Assembly: GCA_964648855.1 (NCBI GenBank)
Contig: CAZYLT010000002.1
Location: 90,001-122,000, forward strand
Length of the DNA: 32,000 nucleotides
Direction of reading: 5' to 3'
Origin: an uncultured archaeon
GTDB taxonomy: Archaea > Asgardarchaeota > Thorarchaeia > Thorarchaeales > Thorarchaeaceae
Shown: piece by piece, positions 26,204-32,000 of the stretch
Position numbering within the stretch: position 1 is the first letter of the stretch
Layout: every line of letters starts with the position of its first letter
Translations under genes and position numbers: made by a program
The notes under the pieces: generated by a model
Seen by the model: only the letters and a program-made list of their open reading frames with translations
Database searches by the model: none
What the model was told of the DNA's origin: nothing

Positions 26204-27277
26204 ATGTCATCACTTAATCCGTTCAAGGATATCCCCGCTATTTTAACAGCTGAGGAGATCATAGAGTATGCACATAAGCACTCAAAGAAGTTGAGCATGA
26301 AGAGTTCCTATCAACTCCCGAAGGTGGATCGCACAAGAATCCGTGAAGTTGCAAGGCTTCAAGAGTTTGTCAAACTAGTCAAGACAAAACTGAAACAAAT
26401 AGTTGAGGAGTTCCCATCACTCGATAACCTGCACCCGTTCTATATAGAATTGACTGAGATCCTTGTTGGAATTGATAAACTGAAGCGCTCACTAGGAGCG
26501 GTTTACAACTGCATTGGACCCATCAATGACATCGCAGATAATCATCTAGAAGCCATCAAGCTGTCCAAGGATTACAAACAAATGAAATGGAGTCGCAGCG
26601 CAGCAAAAGGGAGAATTGCATCTATAGTAGAGAGCACATCTGAAAACATCGATTTCATAATCCACGCAAAAACCACGCTATCGAAACTCCCGGGAATTCT
26701 TCCAGACTCTCCTACCATTGTATGTGCTGGGTTTCCAAATGTTGGAAAATCTACCTTGGTACGCCAAGTTTCCACCGCTGAACCAGAAATTGCCTATTAT
26801 CCATTCACCACCAAGAAAGTAATCATTGGTCATCTCAAAATAGGGGAGCATCTGGTTCAAATTGTTGACACTCCTGGCGTGCTAGACCGTCCGATGAGTA
26901 AGAGAAATGATATTGAAAAGCAAGCAATAACGGCACTCAAGTATCTTGCTGATGTCATAGTATTTCTGATTGATCCCTCTGAGGCATGTGGATGGAATAT
27001 TAGAGACCAGATGGGTCTGCTCAATGAGGTCCGGAGAACATTCCCCCTTGTACCAACCCTGACAGCTCTCAATAAAGTAGACATTACCCCTGAAGATAAA
27101 TTGAAGGATGCCCATGAGTTATTGCCAAATGTCTATGAAATATCAGCCTTGAGCGGTGATGGAGTAGGAGTTCTCTTGAGAGATGCAACAGGAGAGGTAG
27201 ATGTTAAGACAATGGATGAAGCCATAGAAGAATACTTGGAATCAATCAAGAAGGGTGATCCCAACCCCTTTGATTGA
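26204..27277 (+). CDS. nog1: NOG1 family GTP-binding protein
   Basis: FPSLDNLHPFY, GFPNVGKST, IAYYPFTTK, DTPGVLDRP, DPSEACG and NKVD. ATG 26204 is preferred; the ORF track start is 26150. Confidence 0.92.
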   Translation: MSSLNPFKDIPAILTAEEIIEYAHKHSKKLSMKSSYQLPKVDRTRIREVARLQEFVKLVKTKLKQIVEEFPSLDNLHPFYIELTEILVGIDKLKRSLGAVYNCIGPINDIADNHLEAIKLSKDYKQMKWSRSAAKGRIASIVESTSENIDFIIHAKTTLSKLPGILPDSPTIVCAGFPNVGKSTLVRQVSTAEPEIAYYPFTTKKVIIGHLKIGEHLVQIVDTPGVLDRPMSKRNDIEKQAITALKYLADVIVFLIDPSEACGWNIRDQMGLLNEVRRTFPLVPTLTALNKVDITPEDKLKDAHELLPNVYEISALSGDGVGVLLRDATGEVDVKTMDEAIEEYLESIKKGDPNPFD

Positions 27278-28300
27278 GAGAATTCCCGTACCATCTGGCT
27301 TTGTTTCAAGCTTATTTTCGATACCTAGAATTTGTTCAGCCACCCAGATGTTAGTCCTAAGATGCGACGAAATCTCAGACACACCAACCTTACTCGTCCC
27401 TTCTGCGATTGCCAAATATGGTACAAGCATATCAGCTAGATGAACATCGACTGCCATGCCTGCTGAGACCTCTTCTAGCAGACGTTGAGCTGCTTCTTCT
27501 CCTACTATTTCAGCCCTCTTTCCTAGACTATCTGCACCCAATCGATAGCCGTCTATAGATTCGGCCCAAAGAACAATGCCACTCCCTGCTCCTAAATGAG
27601 GGTCACCATTCTTGGGATATGTTTCAACCCGAATGTCTATGTCGTTCATGCCTTTCTTCTGTAACCTGTCCTCTGCTGACTTTGCTTGTCTCTGCGCTAC
27701 GTGGCTTGGAAGACGAACACAGTGCGATACCCCTCGTATATGTTTCAAATCTCCAAATTCAACCATTTCCAGTGGTCTAATGTGTTCAACAGGCTCAATA
27801 GTGGCTAACACTTCACCGCCACCTCTGGGATAGTGTCCTCTACGGTGGACATCAAACTCAGTCCTCGGTCCCATCATCTCCAAAGCCCAAGCAAAAACAT
27901 GGCTAATATAGTCCATTGGGGGACTCCATGCAACATCTGTCCCTCCCGTAAGATCGAATTCCACGGGCTCAGGTGATAGAACTGCGGGTGGAAGCACTGC
28001 TTGCAGAAGCAAAGATAGAGATCCAGCTGTTCCAACATCTTGGCTGAATTTTCCATGATTTCGTTTCTTTGGAACAAATTCTACCTCTTTGGAGCCCACC
28101 TCTGCACCTTTGATTTCTGCGTTTACTAATTTACCTGCCAGCTTTATGCCGGCCAAGTGTTGTCTCTTCAGTCCTGGTTTTGGTCTGCCTGCGCGAATAT
28201 TAGTAATCCGAATTGAGTTCATGGTCAAGGCTGCAAGGGAAATGGAGGTCCTCAGAATTTGTCCACCGCCTTCTCCATGGGAACCATCAATCTCTATCAA
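27242..28300 (-). CDS. rtcA: RNA 3'-terminal phosphate cyclase
   Basis: IDGSHGEGGGQILRT, IRAGRPKPGL..QH, GGTDVAWSPP, RGHYPRGGG and DVHLAD (catalytic His). Confidence 0.95.
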   Translation of the reverse strand: MIEIDGSHGEGGGQILRTSISLAALTMNSIRITNIRAGRPKPGLKRQHLAGIKLAGKLVNAEIKGAEVGSKEVEFVPKKRNHGKFSQDVGTAGSLSLLLQAVLPPAVLSPEPVEFDLTGGTDVAWSPPMDYISHVFAWALEMMGPRTEFDVHRRGHYPRGGGEVLATIEPVEHIRPLEMVEFGDLKHIRGVSHCVRLPSHVAQRQAKSAEDRLQKKGMNDIDIRVETYPKNGDPHLGAGSGIVLWAESIDGYRLGADSLGKRAEIVGEEAAQRLLEEVSAGMAVDVHLADMLVPYLAIAEGTSKVGVSEISSHLRTNIWVAEQILGIENKLETKPDGTGILSIKGVGITLLD

Positions 28301-28416
28301 TCTCTTTGTCCTCCATACTTGATTAGTACTGCAGTCTTTAGAAACCCTCCTCTCTCGTATAATGGACAGTGCCTAATGCTTATTTGTGCGGTAAGGCCTC
28401 TTGACTACGTGAAAAA

Positions 28417-28941
28417 ATGCGTTCAGTATTCATCGGCCGCTTTCAACCATTCCATAAGGGGCATCTACACACAGTCAAGCAGATTATTGAGAAGGATGAA
28501 GACCTGATAATTGTCATTGGAAGCTCTCAATATTCTCATACTCCGAATAATCCCTTCTCAGGGGGTGAACGCGTGATGATGATCAGAGAGGCTCTTCTTG
28601 AAGCTGGTCTTCCTCTGGATCACATAGACATCATTCCACTTTCTGATATTCACATCCATCCCCTTTGGGTATCCCACCTCAAGAGTTTCGTTCCCTACTT
28701 CGATAAGGCATACACACATAATCCATTAGTGAGACGCCTGTTCACGGATGCTGACATTCCAATCGACGAAACTGACCTGTTGAAGCGAACTGCTTACAGT
28801 GGCAATCATGTGCGGGACCTTATCAAATGGGAGAATGACGAGTGGGAAGCCCTACTTCCAGATGCAGTCGTTGATATAATCAAGAAAAACAAGTTGGATG
28901 AACGCATCAGACAGATTGGTGACACCACTCTAAAGAAATAG
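28417..28941 (+). CDS. nadM: nicotinamide-nucleotide adenylyltransferase
   Basis: FIGRFQPFHKGH, IGSSQYSHTPNNPFSGGER, NPLV and WEALLPDAV. Confidence 0.95.
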   Translation: MRSVFIGRFQPFHKGHLHTVKQIIEKDEDLIIVIGSSQYSHTPNNPFSGGERVMMIREALLEAGLPLDHIDIIPLSDIHIHPLWVSHLKSFVPYFDKAYTHNPLVRRLFTDADIPIDETDLLKRTAYSGNHVRDLIKWENDEWEALLPDAVVDIIKKNKLDERIRQIGDTTLKK

Positions 28942-29093
28942 AATCGCGTAAGACAGACTTTAAATAAGGTTTCATACCGAGACAAAATCGGTGGACGTTA
29001 ATGCTAGGTGAATGCGTTCCGAGTACTAGTTAGTCTTGTTCTTCATCCTAGTCAGTATGATGCCTTTAGAAAGAATCGCACGGAGATGATTGT

Positions 29094-30578
29094 ATGAACG
29101 GAAGTGAATCGAACAACGATGAGAAGCAAATCATTTTCAATATCAATAAGGAGGAAAATTTTCCTGATTGGTATACTGAAATTTGCAGAGTAGCAGAATT
29201 AGTGGACATCCGGTATGGCGTGAAAGGCTTTACTCCGTTCTTACCGTGGAGCTTTATGTCCATGGATATTATGTTTGATATCTATGAACACACACTGAAG
29301 GGAAAGAAACACCTTCCCATGCTATTTCCTACGGTTATCCCTGAGGGAAATCTAACAAAGGAGGCAGACCATGTTGAAGGTTTCACTCCTCAGGTATTTT
29401 GGATAAAAGACATCGGCGAGGGAAAGGAGTTAGAAGAGCCTTTGGCTCTAAGGCCCACTAGCGAAACAGCTATCTATCCACTATATTCCCTCTGGGTTCG
29501 TAGTTGGCGTGACCTGCCAATGAAGAGGTATCAGAAATGCTCAGTCTTTCGTTCAGAAGTCAAGAGCACTCGTCCCTTTTTGAGAGGCAGAGAATTCCTC
29601 TGGATCGAGAGTCATAATGTCTTTGCTACACATGAGGAAGGCAAGGCACAGGTCATGGAGGACCTTGAAACCACACAAGAAGTTGTGACTGGAGAATATG
29701 GAATCCCCGTGATGGTCTTCAGAAGAACCCAGTGGGACAAATTCCCTGGTGGACTGGATACCTATGCTGCAGACACCTTAATGCCTGATGGGAAAGTGAT
29801 ACAGTTGCCCTCAACCCATGACTTGGGTGACAACTTTGCTCGGGCGTTCAACATCACTTATCTCGATGAGAACAATGAGGATGTCTATGCCTTCCAGACC
29901 TGTTATGGTCCAGCGGTTTCTCGAATATACGGTGCTATGATTTCAATCCATGGCGACGATAAGGGACTACGCCTCCCATTCAAAATTGCGCCCTATCAAG
30001 TTGTCATCATTCCAATCTTCACAGAAAAGACCGAGAAGAAAGTGATGGATTACTGCCATGACATTGAAAGCAGTCTGAGCGAGGCTGGAATACGAGTTCA
30101 TCTTGATGATTGCGATCAAACACCTGGCTGGAAGTACAATTTCTGGGAGATGAAAGGAGTGCCTCTCCGAGTTGAGGCTGGTCCTCGTGACATAAAGGGA
30201 GAAAAGGCTGTGGTATTCCGCCGGGATACTATGAAGCGGGAATCCGTTTCAGTGGGAGAATTGTCAGATCGAGTGAAAGAATTGGGTATGGCAATTGATG
30301 ATAATCTTCGGAAAATAGCAGAATCGAAATTCGAAGATCTTGTTGTGGACGCGGAGAAAATTGGTCAAGTTAATGACGCTCTGGATCGTGGTAAAATCGC
30401 TCGAATCGAGTTTTGCACTACTCAGATGGCCGGTCTTGCTTGTGCTGAGTATATCAAAGACAAAACTGGTGGAGAGATCAGGGGTACTCGAATTGATATT
30501 GAAGAAGAGCCTACAGGTGTATGTCTTGTATGTGGTAAGCCTGCGCAAGAGATTGTTTACATAGCCCGATCCTACTAA
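29094..30578 (+). CDS. proS: prolyl-tRNA synthetase (archaeal/eukaryotic type)
   Basis: LRPTSET, SWRDLP, FRSEVKSTRPFLRGREFLWIESH, HGDDKGLRLP..IAPYQVVIIP and C-terminal Zn domain CLVCG...ARSY. Confidence 0.97.
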   Translation: MNGSESNNDEKQIIFNINKEENFPDWYTEICRVAELVDIRYGVKGFTPFLPWSFMSMDIMFDIYEHTLKGKKHLPMLFPTVIPEGNLTKEADHVEGFTPQVFWIKDIGEGKELEEPLALRPTSETAIYPLYSLWVRSWRDLPMKRYQKCSVFRSEVKSTRPFLRGREFLWIESHNVFATHEEGKAQVMEDLETTQEVVTGEYGIPVMVFRRTQWDKFPGGLDTYAADTLMPDGKVIQLPSTHDLGDNFARAFNITYLDENNEDVYAFQTCYGPAVSRIYGAMISIHGDDKGLRLPFKIAPYQVVIIPIFTEKTEKKVMDYCHDIESSLSEAGIRVHLDDCDQTPGWKYNFWEMKGVPLRVEAGPRDIKGEKAVVFRRDTMKRESVSVGELSDRVKELGMAIDDNLRKIAESKFEDLVVDAEKIGQVNDALDRGKIARIEFCTTQMAGLACAEYIKDKTGGEIRGTRIDIEEEPTGVCLVCGKPAQEIVYIARSY

Positions 30579-30586
30579 TCCTATGC

Positions 30587-30622
30587 AAAGGGGCGATTTC
30601 AAACACGCCCCTTTTTCTTTTT
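30587..30622 (+). terminator. GC hairpin plus T-tract after proS
   Basis: AAAGGGGCG (30587-30595) pairs with CGCCCCTTT (30606-30614), followed by TTCTTTTT. Confidence 0.65.
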
Positions 30623-30683
30623 CTCATAGACCACCGGTCTTATAGCCAGATTCAGAAATCTAATCTAACTGAGGTACCATACA

Positions 30684-31670
30684 ATGAAAGTCTTGGTTCC
30701 CTATCGAGAGGAAATCGCAGACACCATCCAAGCAATACTTGGGAACGAAGCCCAAGTAGTGAGGTCAGAAAGAACGGTGCAAGACATGCTTGAGAAGGGA
30801 TCAGATGCAGTTGCTGTAGCCTCTGGACGAGTTCCCTCTGAGTATATTAGGCGAGCTAAACATCTCAAGATGATTCAGGCGTTTGGCGCTGGAGTGGACA
30901 AAATAGACCATGATGCAGTACTTAACAGAGGCGACCTTATAGTCTGCAACAACCATGTGAACGCCGACGAAGTGGCGGAGTACGCTATAATGCTTCTCCT
31001 AGCGGTTGCGAAGCATATCATTCCCAGCCATGAAAAACTACGAGAAGGCGACTGGAGTCTTGGATGGGGAAGCGACCATCCTAACACAGAGATTCGCAAG
31101 AAACGACTCCTCATAATTGGGTTGGGTAGTGTGGGCGCCGCAATTGCAAAACGATTACAAAGGTTCGATCTCAAAATCACTGCTGTCACTAGGACTGGCG
31201 AATCAGACAGCGAGCAGATAGTGGATAAACTCGTATCTGTGGAGGAGATCGAAGGCGTTGTTCGGCAAGCCGACTTTGTCATCCTCTCACTTCCTCTCAC
31301 AGACGATTCAGAAGGTCTGGTTGATGAAGAATTCCTGTCTTGGATGAAGCCGACCTCCATTCTTGTCAATGTGTCTCGTGGGCCAATTATCAAAGAATCA
31401 GCGCTGTATCATGCACTACAGGACAACAAGATTGCAGGTGCTGCAATTGATGTATGGTGGGAATATCCCAAGGAATGGGGTGGCACTAATAAATTGCCCT
31501 CCGAAAACTATCCTTTTCATAACATGGAAAATGTTGTTTTATCGCCTCACAGGGCGGGATATTCTGAACATATACACGAGGAACAACTGAGGTTCGTAGG
31601 AGAGAATATTCTCAGGTTTATTCGGGGAGAAGAACCTGAGAATCAAGTAGACCTGAAACGAGGGTATTAA
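30684..31670 (+). CDS. D-isomer specific 2-hydroxyacid dehydrogenase
   Basis: GAGVDKID, VAEYA, GLGSVG, ILVNVSRG, AAIDVWW and SPHRAG. Confidence 0.92.
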   Translation: MKVLVPYREEIADTIQAILGNEAQVVRSERTVQDMLEKGSDAVAVASGRVPSEYIRRAKHLKMIQAFGAGVDKIDHDAVLNRGDLIVCNNHVNADEVAEYAIMLLLAVAKHIIPSHEKLREGDWSLGWGSDHPNTEIRKKRLLIIGLGSVGAAIAKRLQRFDLKITAVTRTGESDSEQIVDKLVSVEEIEGVVRQADFVILSLPLTDDSEGLVDEEFLSWMKPTSILVNVSRGPIIKESALYHALQDNKIAGAAIDVWWEYPKEWGGTNKLPSENYPFHNMENVVLSPHRAGYSEHIHEEQLRFVGENILRFIRGEEPENQVDLKRGY

Positions 31671-31836
31671 GCAAAACTTCCTCTCATTTAGAGGGGATTA
31701 TCTACCCCTCCTCCCAATTAGTAATTTGAAAAATCATTAGGCGGGAGCATATTGTTATTCGCTTTGTCCAAGAGTCAAAACTTTAAGGTGGACCACGTTG
31801 ACGACAGATAACAGTACAAAGATTGGGGACGGCACA

Positions 31837-32000
31837 GTGAGCATAGAAACTCTCTCAGATATTCCCGGCGTAGGGTCTAAACTAAGGAAGATCTTGGTTG
31901 ACCACTTTGGAAGCGAGGCAGTCGCTCTCAAAGTGATTCTTGATTTCCGTGTCGATCTTGTCGCATCTGTACCAGGAATAGGCGATAAACAAGCGGTAAA
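31837..32000 (+). CDS. 5' part of a helix-hairpin-helix protein, probably archaeal MutS-like (HhH-MutS); truncated by the window end
   Basis: Hand translation from GTG 31837: MSIETLSDIPGVGSKLRKILVDHFGSEAVALKVILDFRVDLVASVPGIGDKQAV, with two HhH motifs (IPGVG, VPGIG). TATA-like TTTAAGG upstream. Confidence 0.6.
   Translation, partial: MSIETLSDIPGVGSKLRKILVDHFGSEAVALKVILDFRVDLVASVPGIGDKQAV

Noticed and set aside
1-32000. CRISPR array, tandem repeats, rRNA genes
   Set aside because: I observed no regularly spaced repeats or rRNA-like sequence.

Overview
This is a gene-dense archaeal housekeeping region. It is most consistent with an Asgard archaeon, probably Thorarchaeia; this is inferred from protein styles such as the strongly eukaryote-like STT3/AglB and has not been confirmed by a search. 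In order it holds a folate/C1 cluster (mptE partial, folP, gcvT, gcvH, glyA), aglB, and the conserved rpl44e-rps27e-aIF2alpha-nop10 operon (nop10 is absent from the ORF track), with sec61beta and mazG. Next come a tRNA-Lys(CUU) with two non-canonical BHB introns (30/31 and 53/54), a short accessory stretch, a PerR/peroxiredoxin divergon, and an isoprenoid-alcohol kinase plus isopentenyl phosphate kinase pair. The rest is a GT4 glycosyltransferase, tRNA/RNA-processing genes (trm5, taw1, translin, rtcA, nog1), pcm, ribK, a B12-radical SAM gene, a proteasome beta subunit lacking catalytic Thr1, nadM, proS, a 2-hydroxyacid dehydrogenase and the start of an HhH/MutS-like gene. I saw no CRISPR array, transposase or integrase. 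The best sequence-supported novelties are the doubly interrupted tRNA, the AglB C-terminal DOMON/CBM9-like extension, the putative prenol salvage operon and the inactive proteasome beta subunit.
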